Source: Octopus vulgaris
Lineage: Eukaryota
Length of the DNA: 64,000 nt
Assembly (NCBI GenBank): GCA_951406725.2
Contig: OX597822.1
Span: 34,534,001 to 34,598,000, forward strand
Direction of reading: 5' to 3'
How positions within the stretch are numbered: the first letter of the stretch is position 1; the number at the start of each line of letters is the position of its first letter. Positions 14,007-28,115 of the stretch are shown piece by piece. The notes under the pieces were generated by a model. The model was given only the letters and a program-made list of their open reading frames with translations, was not told where the DNA came from and searched no databases. Both the position numbers and the translations under genes were made by a program.

Positions 14007-14256
14007 ATATATATATATATATATACATACATACACACACATACATAAACACGTATATACATATATGTGATGTGTGTAGATGAGTTCAGCAAAAATTTAG
14101 ATTCAGATGAATATGGTATTTAAGTTGAGGCACCAGCATTTAGTACGGTATTATCCATACAATTTCAAAATAAGGTGATTAAAATCAAAATATGCAACGA
14201 GAATATCCAGAGGTAATGCAGTACGATCGCTTCATGCATGAAATGATAGTATTGCC

Positions 14257-14318
14257 TATATGTATGTATATATGTATGTATGTATGTATTTATGTATGTA
14301 TGTATGTATGTATGTATG

Positions 14319-14350
<32 letters not shown>

Positions 14351-14597
14351 TAGATTTGTATGTATGTATGTATGTATGTATGTATGTATGTATGTATGTA
14401 TGTATGTATGTATGTATGTATGTATGTATGTATGTATGTATGTGTGTATGTATGTATGTATGTATGTATGTATGTATGTATGTATGTATGTATGTGTGTA
14501 TGTATGTATGTATGTGTGTATGTGTGTATGTATGTATGTATGTGTGTATGTATGTATGTATGTATGTGTGTATGTATGTATGTATGTATGTATGCAT
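14257..14597. repeat. (TATG)n microsatellite
   Basis: Direct read; similar tracts at 18614-18787, 20718-20825, 25835-25915, 34039-34101. Confidence 0.95.
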
Positions 14598-16454
14598 GTT
14601 TGCTTCTCATGATATTTATAATATTAATAACAATGATTAATTTCTGAAGTAATAAGAATATGAATCTTGGCTGATTGATAGTTCTGTTTAATGACATATT
14701 GTTTAAAGAAGCAGTTGTTCCTCTCAGCCGATAACATTTCTTTCAATATATAGTTACGTAAAGATTTTAAAGATTTTAAGCGTCATATATTAAATAAAGA
14801 AATAGTTGTTCTCATGGCGCAGGTTTTTAGTTGAAAAAAAAAGCGCATTTAAGTGAAAAAAATCGAATAGAAAGTTATGTAATTGAATAACAACTGAATA
14901 GAAAAAATAATAAACAAAGATAAACAGTAAAATATAAACATATAAAAATATAGATGAAAAACGAATAAAAATAAAATATATATATATATATATATAAAAA
15001 CAATAAAAACTAAATTAAAAACGTTGGAAGAAAGCGAAATACTGCCAGTGGTCACAAATGAAAATACAAAAACAAACATTAAAGATTTAATTAACTGATA
15101 TTATTCCAAGTCAGACGTTTGCCAATTCTCATTTCTCAAACGTTGATGATAATTGCAATGTTATGTCTTCATTATTTAAGTTAAATTTAATTTTGAGTCT
15201 TTTATTTTCCAGTTTATAACCGATAATTTATAATTTGCTTTACTAGACCTGCAAATAAATTAGTTTCTATTAAGTAGATGCGATTCTCTATTTTAAAAGA
15301 AAAGGGAATTTTTGAAGTTATGATAAGCGAAGTTTTTATCACGAAGTTACAACTGGTATGGATGATACAAAATTGTCACCGAACCAAAACTTGAAACCAC
15401 AATAGAAGCTAGCCTTAGCAGGAACTTCTGTCATCTACTATGGCATTTTTACAAGATTTTAAATTATTTAAGTTCACTTTAACCAGATACAAACTTCAAG
15501 CGATTTTAATGAAGGAAAATGTAACGTTGGACGTCTGTACTTTTTCTGAAAGCACTAGCAATATAAAGGAAGTGATTCAATTGAAAATTGTGATAATCGT
15601 GATTTGAATTCGTTTCAACTGGAAGCTGAACCACTTCGCGCTAACAGACGAAGGAAATGATCTAAAGCTCTAAAATTCTGCTGCGAGTCTTGGTATAATC
15701 AAGTGTATACATTGATTTCTTACGCAGGCACAATGTTTCACACATTTGTTACTTTTGAAGTTTACAGTCACAATTACGTTAATCAGTCCCAACTATTCCA
15801 CAACGACTAGTCTTATCGATTTCGTATGCATGAAAGATTAAAGTCGACAGCGGAAATATATGAAAACATTACGTAATGCCACGAAGCTAAAACACGATAG
15901 GGTAGTTCGTCTGACAAACCAAACTCAAGCTTGTACATACATTAATTTTTGTTTTCTTAAGTTCTGGACCAATCCAGTGTTGTTGTAATCGAGTGAAGTC
16001 AACTCAATTAATAATGCGCACCTATTTTCTTGATCGAAGGGAAAATATAGAAGCAATATGGACGTTAGAGGTGTTTCAATAAAGAAATTCAATTCGTCTG
16101 TCACTTTTAACAATAGAAATATATTTTATTAATGTAAAACAATGGCGCTGTTTTAAGCAATGGGTAAACGAGAAGAAAAAATAAAAGAAATACAAATCGC
16201 AGAAATATGCAAAAATAAGCAAACAGTACTAACTTCTTGAATTCTCTTATAAATATATTTAGAAACAACATTTGATTCTCCATTAAATTTCTCTGTTGTT
16301 GTCCTAAAGAAATAATTCTAATAAAAGTTAGCGTATTTTCTAAAGCTAACCAAAAGCAAACTCAATGTATATAGTTTGTGTGTGCGTGGGAGTTTGTGCG
16401 GACTCACGTGCGCGTGCGTGTTTATGCATATATGTATGTATATATGTATGTATG

Positions 16455-16579
16455 TATCTATCCATCCATCTATCTATGTATCTATCTATCCATCTATCTA
16501 TCTCTCTATCAATCTATCCATCTATCAATCTATCCATCTATCCATCCATCCATCTATCTATCCATCTATCCATCTATCC

Positions 16580-16642
<63 letters not shown>

Positions 16643-16795
16643 CATCTATCTATCCATCTATCCATCTATCTATCCATATATCCATCTATCTATCCATCTA
16701 TCCATCTATCTATCAATCTATCCATCTATCCATCTATCTATCCATCTATCTATCCATCTATCTATCTATCTATCTATCCATCTATCTATCTATCC

Positions 16796-16868
<73 letters not shown>
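16455..16868. repeat. (TCTA/TCCA)n microsatellite, ~410 bp
   Basis: Direct read; similar tracts at 7669-7738, 33234-33312, 33832-33924. Confidence 0.95.
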
Positions 16869-17038
16869 ATTCAAAGAGAGTTAGTGGTTGTGAATCCAAC
16901 CAACTCAGATATAGTATATATCCAATATACTGCTGGTAGAATACCTAATTAATATACAATTGTTGGTTATTGCGTGGCAATTACACTACTGAGTTTAATA
17001 ATTAGGCGAGGGTAATAAGTGGTTTTACCCTTATGGGT

Positions 17039-17442
17039 ATATGGCAAGAAGAAAATAGAGGGAATCCAGAAGTACTATTCATCAGCTGTTAGACATTATA
17101 TTATGTCTGTTTATTTTAAACAGCTCATATAATATATAGATACATGTGTAAAGTACTAGTAATTTCTAGAATAGAGAAAGAAGAGCTGTTTCTTACAACT
17201 GTTTCTGCCAAAAGGTCACAATACCCCACATGTTGTTTCCATCTTTTCATGTGGGATACTGTGACCTCTTGGCAGAAACGGCTGTAAGACACTGCTCTTC
17301 TTTCTCTATTCTAGAAATTACTAGAACTTTAAACATGTATTTATATGTTGTCTGAACTGTTTAAAGTAAATAGATATAATATAATATCTAACAGCTGACG
17401 AATATTACGTCCGGATCCCCTCAATTTTATTCTTGCCATAAA
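17039..17442. repeat. Fold-back palindrome, ~195 bp arms and ~15 nt loop
   Basis: ctagtaatttctagaatagagaaagaagagc vs gctcttctttctctattctagaaattactag; atggcaagaa vs ttcttgccat at the ends. Confidence 0.9.
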
Positions 17443-17713
17443 CATATGGTTGAGGAATGGGGAGAAAGTGAGAGACAGTGTGTGTGTGTATGTGTTTGTA
17501 TCTGAAAGTGGTGTTAAAGAAAAATAAGGAAAGGAAGAAGAAGGAGAGAAAGAAGAAAAACTTGTGTTGATATCTTATATCTTTGCAGCTGGTCAGTCTG
17601 TCAATAATAAGCGATTCTTGGCTTTTGGCAATGGCAAACCCAGCTGGTCACTCCAAGGGGGGCAAAATGTCACTTTCCAGAAAATTGTCTGGATTTCCTT
17701 TTGAGCATTGTCT

Positions 17714-17747
<34 letters not shown>

Positions 17748-17754
17748 TGTGTGT

Positions 17755-17819
<65 letters not shown>

Positions 17820-17894
17820 TATTTGAAAGAAGTGTTAAAGAGAAAGAGAGAAGGAAATTTGGAAAAGACATGTTGTGCGGCTTGGCATTCGCGC

Positions 17895-18282
17895 AGAATT
17901 CTCTAATACGAAGAGATGGTTTACACACCGAACAACCGTTGGCTTACCTTGTCCTCAAAAGATGTATCGACAGTGATAAAAAAGAAACGTCCAGTCAAAA
18001 TCATGGTATTTGGAGTGATCACTAGTGATGGCGACATTATGCTTCCATTCATCTTCCCAAAGTGCTTCAACCTCAACGCGTTAGCCTACATCAAGTGACT
18101 GGAAGAGGTAATGCTGCCCTGGGTCAAGTGGGTGGTTGCTGAAAGATCCTATGCCTGGCAACCGGACTCTACCCCATGCCACACTAGTAGGAGTACCTCA
18201 CCGTGGCTGTCAGACAATTTCTGCAACCACATCACCCTTAATATCTGGCCACCTAACTCCCTAGACTGCAAACCCCTTAATC
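17895..18282 (+). pseudogene. Tc1/mariner transposase relic, DD37D (maT-like) spacing
   Basis: IMVFGVITSDG..PFIF..AYIK*LEEVMLPW..WQPDSTPCH..WPPNSLDCKPL. There are 37 residues between the second D and the expected third catalytic position (here N). In-frame stop. Confidence 0.8.
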
Positions 18283-18494
18283 CTTTTCTATATATATGTT
18301 TCCCCTTCGCCATAGCAGATTAATAAACAGTTGCTAGAACTCGAAATATTAATATTAAACCTGCAGGTCTGCACAGAGACTATTATTATTCAAAGAATGG
18401 TCGGACGATGATAGGTCGAAAAATCAGGAATGTCGGAACAACAACAACAACAACAATGATGATGATAATAATAAAAGTAATAATGATGATGATG

Positions 18495-18550
<56 letters not shown>

Positions 18551-19344
18551 AACAATAATATTACATATCTGTATATTTTTTACTTGTGTCAGTCATTAGA
18601 CTGCAGCCACATGCATACATACATACATACATACATACATACATACATACATACATACATACATACATACATACATACATACATACGTACATACATACAT
18701 ACGTACATACGTACATACATACATACATACATACATACATACATACATACATACATACATACATACATACATACATACATGCATACATTTGTCGGATTTC
18801 TGCATTGTATCAGTGTATTGCTTTTCCCTGATAGCATTTCCTCAGAGTTTTATACTGCTTTGAACATGAGAACTCGTAATTGTGGTTCCAAATTCTATAT
18901 GACACACCTATGCTTGCACCAAAAAAATAATTTTAATTGCAGGAAACATTTTAATTACGAAATTTAATTAGTCATGTACAAATCATTTAATCTATAGTGA
19001 AATAAAATTTGGTCAGTTGAGTTTCCTTTGATTTCGTGCAAGCAAAAATAGAAAAATAAAGTCACACATTAACTTAATTATTGTGGGCTTGAAATTTTTC
19101 TTTGAACTATCCTTGATGCTGCGAGCATAACATTATTTTGCGACTAACATCCCACATATATGAATTCGCGTTTATTTATGAACAAATTACCTCAACATAT
19201 AGTAACTACACTAGCGAAATTAGTTAAAATAATAACTCATGGTTTATATATGTACACACACACACCTGAATATACAGGAAAATTTACTATAAATAATAAT
19301 GTATATAACTAGTAAATTTATTGTCCTCTTATGCGAATTGTTCT

Positions 19345-19692
19345 CCGTAATGGCTCAGTAGGTAGGGTAGCGGATCGCGGTCATAGGATAGCGGGCGTTG
19401 TGAGTGTTTATTGACCAAAACACCTAAAGCTCGACGAGGAACCAGCAGGGGATGGTGGCAAACCCTGCGGTATTCTTTCACAACTTTCTTTCACGGTTTC
19501 TTCCTGTTTCTGTTGTACTTGTATTTCAAAGAGCCAGCCTTGTCACACTGTGTCACGCTGAGTCTCCTCGAGAACAACGTTAAGGGAACACGTGTCTGTG
19601 GAGTGCTCAGCCACTAGTTCGTTAATTTCATGAGCAGGCTGTTCTGTTGATCAGATCAACTGGAACACTCGTCGTCGTAACCGACGTAGTGC

Positions 19693-19695
<3 letters not shown>
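19345..19695 (+). mobile_element. SINE family A
   Basis: Homologous to the reverse complement of 3977-4327. Confidence 0.8.
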
Positions 19696-19756
<61 letters not shown>

Positions 19757-19764
19757 GTATATAT

Positions 19765-20106
19765 TCTTTTACCCTTTTATTTGCTTCAGTCACTTAACTG
19801 CGGCCATACTGTAGTACCGCTTTTAGTCGAACAAATCAGCTCCAGGTCTTATTCGCTTTAAGTATAATACTTATTCTATCGGACTGTTTTGCCGAACTGC
19901 TAAGTTACGGGGAGGTAAAGACACATACATTGGTTGTTAAGTGATGGTGCGGGAGGGACAAACACAGAAATACAAATACACACATGCATATATATATATG
20001 CTTGTGTGTGTGTGTGTATGTGTGTGTGTATGTGTATATATATATATATGTGCGTGTGTGTGTGTATATATATGTATGTATGTATATATATATGTATGTG
20101 TGTGTG

Positions 20107-20138
<32 letters not shown>

Positions 20139-20322
20139 TGTATGTATGCATACGTGTGTGTGACGTGTTTCTTTCAGTTTCCGTCTACCAAAGCCTCTCA
20201 CAAGGCTCTGGTCAGCCTGAGACTATAGTAGAAGACACTTGTCCAAGATGCCACTCAGTGGGATTGAACCCGGAATCATGTGGTTTTTAAGCAAGCTTCT
20301 TACCACACAGCCACTCCCGTGC
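19765..20322 (-). mobile_element. SINE family C (tRNA-like head, internal microsatellite)
   Basis: Homologous to 51623-52019. Fragments also at 3580-3880, 7395-7535, 24495-24580, 26415-26527, 29885-30070, 35563-35660, 37960-38150, 38360-38515, 59455-59640. Confidence 0.8.
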
Positions 20323-20399
20323 CTCAGAATTCATTGGAGTTTAGGTATTTCAATACCCATGACGCTGGGAATTGTGTGTTCGGGTATCCATACATCATG

Positions 20400-20615
20400 G
20401 ACTCTCTCGCCGAACAACCACATAGATGATATGTTTATAGTGATCAAATGTTTGTGTACACATAAACTCCCTCCCTCTATCGGCGTTAACTGTACAGGTG
20501 CAACATTTGCCACATGCAGATGACGAAATGATCGCAGAGCAACGTGAAACGAAAGTGCTTTGCTCGAAAGCACGACGCAACGCCAGGTCTGGGAATCGAA
20601 CCCACGATCTCGCAA
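20400..20615 (-). mobile_element. Further tRNA-derived SINE (family D)
   Basis: B-box-like gggttcgattcccag followed by a CORE-like gtgctttcgagcaaagcacttt segment. Confidence 0.5.
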
Positions 20616-20740
20616 TCACCCTAACCCCAACATCAGCAGAGCAGCTGATCTCGATGATGGTACATACATTTTCTTGTCTGCGCAAACATTGATATCCAAC
20701 CTGTTACGTATGTAAGCATGTATATATGTATGTAAGTATG

Positions 20741-20772
<32 letters not shown>

Positions 20773-21759
20773 TGTATGTATGTATGTATGTATGTATGTA
20801 TGTATGTATGTATGTATGTATGTATGGATGGATGGATGGATGGATGTATAGATGGATGGATGTATGGATATATGCATACATGTATATGTGTATGTATTTA
20901 CATGTTCAGGTTACTTAAACAGTTATAATATCGCTGTTGTACCCCAAACAACGTGTCGCATGGTTTGACTGTTGGTGACTAAGTCGTCAACACTACCAAG
21001 CCTGATTGTTAAGGAAGATGGATTTCGTTGGACACCATGTAGAAGGAAAATCAAATAATGTAAGTGGGCAAAAAAAACTCAGTAGACACGCAACGGTTAT
21101 CCTACAGCTGGCCGTGAAACCCCCTTAATCTTTGTTTAGACAGCGCTCTAGTAGAAAACTCTGATGTAACACGCGTCACATCGTTTGCACCCAGTGTTGT
21201 AGACTAGTTCTTCATTTTAAGCAAATGCCTATACTTCTGACAAAGAGGGACTGGTTCTATGCAAAGCTTCGGGCAGAGCGTCGCTCAATGTTTAAGATTT
21301 ATAGTATCGTCTTTATAATGTGCTTCAAAATACTCTCGAAAAGCTTCCGTGACGGAATGAAGGTACTTGTGTGTATCGGTGATAACTTCCTTGAACACCT
21401 GCTACAAGAGGCGCCCATCATTGCTACCACTGTGTAAAGGAGTGTATGAAACTAGCAGGACCAAAAGGAAAAGAGAACTCACACATCCATGGTGCTCATG
21501 TTTAAGTGAACAATGAAAGGATAGCAGTTCTTGAAACTGAGTTGAAGCCATCATGTGTTTATGTATATATTTGCATATATTTATGTATATATTTGCATAT
21601 ATATATATATATATATATATATACCATATTTGATGGCATATATGACGTGCTTTGTTTAAGAAAAAAATTGATTAAGAAAAACCATCCCGGATCCTATATA
21701 TAAAGTTATGCCTCCTATGAGTTAGGTCCCTGACGTAGTCTATACGGTGTCTTTTACCT

Positions 21760-22160
21760 AGGATGGACTCAGCTGGAATGAAACCATGATTAAAAAATGC
21801 CTGGGCAAATCGTTCTGGTGGGTCCTAAAGGAAATTTCGGGTTTGCTATCAGATTACAGCAGATAAAACTGAAACCATGAAAAAAAAGATGGGTGGAATT
21901 GAAATCACAGTTTGTTGTCATACCAGATGGACTGTCGAGCCAATTGCAGCTTTTAGATGTGTTTGGGAATAAACCATTTAAACGAAACATACAAGGATAT
22001 TGGAACAAAAGAATGGGAGATCCATATCATGGCCTCCCACCCACAGGAAGAATGAAGTGGCCCATCATTACACATGATGGAAACGTCTAAAGGGTTAAGT
22101 AAGGACTGAAATAATTGTTAAGGCATTTTATAAGGTGTGGTATAAACAATACCTTTCGAT
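21760..22160 (+). pseudogene. pogo/Tigger (DDE_1) transposase relic
   Basis: VVIPDGLSSQLQLLDVFGNKPFK..YWNKRM..PTGRMK matches the pogo-type IPGG.T..LQPLDV..NKPFK motif. Confidence 0.75.
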
Positions 22161-23347
22161 GGCATGCGTTATCCGAAGACAGTAATTTAAGTAGGGAAAT
22201 CAGCAATTATGATGTAGATTTTATACGATTTGATGATACAATTTTTTTCTGGCTTTGAAGATGGTTAATGTTTTTTCTTTTTACTGTGATTTCGATTATG
22301 TTCAGCTCTAGTGGAAACCTGCTGTTAAGAAAGCATAATTTGATTTGTTTTTTCTTGCATGTTTTGTTACTGTAATCATGTTGGATATCTGCCCTATCGT
22401 AATTTCTTATTTGATGTTCTGCTGTACTGCAAACTTATACTTAAGATTTAGCAATGTTATCTGCTATAGTTTGAGTACACTTTACTAATGTTCTCTAATA
22501 TTCTGCTTGATTGCTTTAAATATCAAGTGCTTTGTTGCACTAAAAACTTTTTTTCTTAGTTTGTCCTCGTATGTCTTTTACGCCATCAAATACAGTTTGT
22601 ATTTATGTACGTATATACGTATGTATCTATCAATGAATGTATACACAAACACATGTACATACATATACTCATGCACATATATAATGTAACAGGCACATAG
22701 ACACAAATACTTTTATCCGTTTGGTTTACGATTTTTATACAAAGTTTCTCAGTCTCTGAAAAATGTAATAAAGTTAACTGTGAGTTAAATAATATGTATT
22801 GCTTAACTAAGTCTCAAAATCAAGACTTTATATCGCAGGTGTGCGGTTAAGATCGGTGTAATGATGACATTTATTTTAATGACGTTACAACTTGAAATCT
22901 GAACAAAGAGTTGTAAATAGATTTAACGTATTCATTCCTACGCTCTATTATGTCCAAGAACTTGTCTCGTTATATGCGTTAAGTACCGTAGCTGATATTA
23001 AGAAAGGAACGAAGAGATCTCTGGGTAGTTTAGTGAACAGATGAACTGTCGGTTTAACGTATATTAATTATACATAGATTTTGTTTAGCATTTAACCTGC
23101 ACAAACTTAGAACAAACTTAGCAGTAAGGAAAGAGTATAATTACATATAAATTTTAAATTCTGTTTCACATTAATAATTTCGTTACCAATGATGCCACAG
23201 CTTTCAGTTTTACAAAGCGAGAATTATTGCTTCACAGACGATAAGGAAGGGAAATTTGTGCAACGCGCCAAGTACAGATGCATCACAAAGCACTGACTTA
23301 TGAGAAGTCTCGGTGTGGTTTAAGTTTATTGGCTATTTATATTGAGT

Positions 23348-23706
23348 GGAGGCGCAATGGTCGGTGGTTAAGGCAGCCGACTCGCGGTCGTAGGATCGCG
23401 GTTTCGATTCCCAGACGGGGTGTTGTGAGTGTTTATTGTGCAAAAACACCTAAACGCTCCACGAGGCTCCGATAGCGGGATGGTAGCAAACCCTGCTCTA
23501 CTCTTTCACCACAACATTCTCTCACTCTTTCTTCCTGTTTCTGTTGTACCTGTATTTCAAAGGGCCAGCAGAATCTCCCAGAGAACTATATAAAGGGTAC
23601 ATGCATCTGCGGAGTGCTCAGCGACTTACTCCTTAATTTCACGAGCAGGCTGTTCCGTTGATCTGATCAACTGGAACACGCGTCATCGTAACCGACGGAG
23701 TGCCAC
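23348..23706 (+). mobile_element. SINE family A
   Basis: Head ggaggcgcaatgg through tail gtcgtaaccgacggagtgcca. Confidence 0.85.
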
Positions 23707-23830
23707 AATTTATATTGGTGAAAGTGACACACCAGCATGCACACATACATTCATGCATATATTTATATAACACACATATATACACAAACACACACGCTCG
23801 CACATATGCACTCATACATAAACGGTGACA

Positions 23831-23905
<75 letters not shown>

Positions 23906-24051
23906 CACTTGATATATCGTATCTAGGCCTGGCAAAGTAATTTCTACCAAGTTGCGCTACAAATGTTTATAAAATTCGTGACACAAACACACACACAATT
24001 ACACACATATCTACATGTTCTCTTTACATGATATATGTAAACGCTTGTATT

Positions 24052-24448
24052 CTGTTCTACTCTAGGCACAAAGCCCAACATTTTGGGGGAGGGGGCCAGT
24101 CGATTAGATCGACTCCAGTATGCAACTGGTACTCAATTTATCGACCCCGAAAGGATGAAAGGCAAACTTGACCTCGGCGGAATTTGAACTTAGAACGTAA
24201 AGAGTGACGAAATACATATTTCGTTACTAGCCACAAGGGGCTAAACACAGAGGGGACAAACAAGGACAGATAAACGGATTAAGTCGATTATATAGATCCC
24301 ATTGCGTAACTGGTACTTATTTAATCGAACCCGAAAGGATAAAAGGCAAAGTCGACCTCGGCGGAATTTGAACTCAGAACGTAGCGGCAGACGATATACC
24401 GCTAAGCATTTCGCCCGGTGTGCTAACGTTTATGCTAGCTGGCCGCCT
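24052..24448 (-). mobile_element. SINE family B concatemer (head, tail-1 unit, tail-2 unit)
   Basis: Same unit as 8489-8896; last unit ends ..ttgtgcctagagtagaa. Confidence 0.85.
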
Positions 24449-24691
24449 GTGTCAACGCTTAAATCATATAACGTAAACACATATATACTCTTTTACTAAA
24501 CACATATATACTCTTTTAGTCGAGCAAATTGACCCCCAGGACTTATACTTTGTCAGCCTAGAACTTATTCTATCGGTCTCGTACACACAAACAATCACAA
24601 AAACATACACTCGCACACACACAAACACACACACACACGCACGCACACAAACACACACACGCACGCGCACACACACACACACACACGCGCA

Positions 24692-24729
<38 letters not shown>

Positions 24730-25984
24730 ATGTTATGGATTCACAGTACGATGCGACTAGCACAGTAATCCAGACTAACACCCAGTACACAAGTACATTG
24801 TAGTGTGGTTGAGGTGAGTGTGAAACCCTTGAAAGCTCAAATCCATTCTGTGCATGTTTTCTGACCATAGTTGGGAACTTTTGTTGGGAAAGTTTGTTTT
24901 TGAAGAACCCAATTTCCTGATATTAAAATGAACAGTTCTCTAACGGAAAGTCTGTGTCCAACCTCACCAGCTGTCTAAAGAAAACCAAGATTATGACACA
25001 GACTTGTAGTATTCATCCATGAGTTTTGTAGAATCTCTGAACCACCATCTGTTTTGTCCCCAAGTACACCCCTTTGTAATTACTTTGGTAATATTTTCAA
25101 TAGCGGAGTCGCAATGGCCCAGTGGTTAGGGCAGCGGACTCGCAGTCGGAGGTTCGCGGTTTCGATTCCCAGACCGGGCGTTGTGTGTGTTTATTGAGCA
25201 AAAACACCTAAAGCTCCTCGAGGCTCCGGCAAGGGGTGGTGGCGACCCCTGTTGTACTCTTTCGCCCCAACTTTCTCTCACTCTTTCTTCCTGTTTCTTG
25301 GGTAACTCTGCGATCGAATGGCGTCCCGTTCACCATGATAAAATGGTGAAACAGGTCAGTTGATCCCAAATTCTTTGTAAACTAAATATATCTCCTTCTG
25401 TGTATATATATATATACTACCAAAATATGACCTTTTTGAACTTATAATTTTCTGTGTGTATATATATAGATACTTCCAAACAAACATGATTTGTAATAAA
25501 ATCCTAATAATTTTTATGAACATTTTTTTAAACATTTTCTCATTATTATCAAAGAATGTATATATGTATTGTAATATTTTGTGCCAAATATTTTCCCAAG
25601 ATTTTTCCTTGTAAATTGTTTTTAACATATTATAATCAAAGAATGTATATATGTATTGTAATATTTTGTGACAACCAGTACCTAACACAACAAAGCTTTT
25701 ACATTTTACTTTTGACAATCTTTTTCTAAAAAAGTGAAACCAGTCAAGTGAATAAACATCTTTTAAAATTGCATTTTCAAACCTTCTTTCATATATAATT
25801 CCACTCGTGCGGTACCTTACAACTTTTCTTTGTTATGTATGTATGTATACATACATACATACATACATACATACATACATACATACATACATACATACAT
25901 GCATACATACATACATATATATATATATTTATATATATGTGTGTGTGTGTACATATACACCCCCCCATATATATATATGTATAT

Positions 25985-26372
25985 ATACTGGGAAGTGGTC
26001 AGTGTTGGTGTGTGCACTGGTGTGGGACCTTTGATGTAGTCAGTGCTAGTGTGTGCGGGGTGGCGTGATGTGGTGTAGCTTGGAATGGTGGTGTGTGGTG
26101 TGGTGGTGGTGTGTGGTCTGGTGGTATGTGAGGGGAAACGGGAGGCGGAAGACGGCGGGATGGGTGCGGTGGGGAGCAGATGCACGGTCCACTGAACGAG
26201 TTCTGGCAAGGGCGGTACGGATAGTGGTGAGGGGATATCCACGTATGATGAAGTGGCGAGCCATGAGTTGAGACTGAGTCTCAAAATCATGGTTATCACT
26301 GCAGAGCCTGCGTTGATGGAGGAATTGGGAATAGGGGATGGAGAGCTTGGTGTGTTTAGGGTGGGAGAGCAT
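25985..26372 (-). mobile_element. Penelope-like retroelement fragment (RT C-terminal/thumb region plus 3' region)
   Basis: SHPKHTKLSIPYSQF..RRLCS..F..RGYP; same family as 60200-62012. Confidence 0.8.
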
Positions 26373-27567
26373 TTTTTTTCAGTTTCAGTCCACCAAATAC
26401 ACACATAAAGTTATGGTCAGCCCGAGGCTATAGTAGAAGGCCCTTGACGAAAGTGCCACGCAGTGGGACTATGCTCGGAACTATGTGGTTGCGAAGCAAG
26501 CTTCTTACCACGCAGCCACACCTACGTCTATATATATACCCATGCATTAAAGACATTCACAATTTTACATCTACTAAATACCACTCATAAAGAATCCTAC
26601 CAGTTCATGTGATGTTAAAATAAACTCGATCAAATGCTACCGCAAAGTACGACTGACATGAATCACATGATTAAGAAGACGATTTCTCAACTACAGACTC
26701 TTGTTTGTGCAATACATGAAATATCTTCATGTCACTTGTTAAAAACTATGAATATGGAAACAAAAATATTGCCGTCTTGGGAGAAAACATGAATTCTTTT
26801 ACAAATTTCTTAAAAGGTTCTACGATTTTCTTCTTAGTAATGTATTCTTTGTAACATAATTTTTTCTCTTTGGTATAAATTTACATTTATACTTGCATTG
26901 CTAGTATTTCCATTTTGTTAATACAAGCAAATGTGAAGTTTTGCAAACAGTAGCAAACTACTTGAAGGGTCATATGCGATTTTATATTTCCGATCGTATT
27001 TCTATACAACAAATACAACCATGCTCATGACGTTTTATTTCATTTTCCCCAAATTGATTTCTTACATAAGAACAAGATTTTAACATTTATAAAGGCAATA
27101 AAAATGAGACTGTGTCAACAGTATCATTTTAGTGATTCAACGTAAGTGAAAAGGATTCATTTCAACGGCGTGAAAACAAATATATACAGGTATAAAAATT
27201 ATGTAACAAGTTGACCGCAGCATGACCGCAACATAATGGCCGACTCTGTTTTATTATTAAGAAATTTACTGTTTAGGAAAATGTATTTAGAAAAGTGCAT
27301 TTTGAGAGCATAGTTCTTAAGGATTGATCCTGTATTAATCACCTAAGCACGACCAGAAATTGCTTGGATAGCGAGTTAGCGAAACAGTTCGATCGAAACT
27401 CAAGTTTGCATGAGTAGCTGGACTGGTGGGAACTCACCTTTTATAAAATGGATGTAGTAGAGATCGAGACGATTTCACACTCTGTCTATGATCAGTCTTT
27501 TTTTACATATGATCAATTTTTTGCATATGATCAGTGTTTTTCCATATCTCTCGTACACCATGGCTAT

Positions 27568-27902
27568 TCTGTATATATAAAAGGCGGGATGTGTGTGTGT
27601 GTACGTGAATGTAATTTATGCATGTCCACAAATTAACACGCATGTCGCTCCAATTTTAGGAGGAAATTCGTCATGGCCCTAGCTCTATTTTCGTCAACCT
27701 ATTTGTTTTTTTTACCAGAGGCACCACCGAATAGCAGTAAAAATTAATTTTCAACCAAAACTTTTAACAATTCTCAAGTCGGAGAAATGATCATTGTTTG
27801 CAAACAGGAGTTAAGTTCCCTTCTAGCGACGAATACGTTTTTGTTAAGACTTTTGTTGTTTTTTTTTCCACCGAGGAAAAAGTGTTTTGTTGATATACGG
27901 GC

Positions 27903-27976
<74 letters not shown>

Positions 27977-28115
27977 TGAACATCTATGCATACAAAAAAT
28001 ATGTATGCTATAGGTGTACGTTCGTGCGTGAGTGTATGTTGCCCATATATATATAAACCAATTTCAACGGATTTCGCTCATCGTCGGATTTCCTCGATGT
28101 TACTTATACTGCTAG
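27568..28115 (+). mobile_element. Candidate degenerate non-autonomous Helitron
   Basis: TCTGTATATATAAAAGGCGGGATGTGTG resembles the other Helitron 5' ends; actgCTAG|T at 28112-28115, but no clear hairpin. Confidence 0.3.

Noticed and set aside
23348-23420. tRNA-like sequence
   Set aside because: SINE head continuing into a multi-copy body; no proper acceptor stem.
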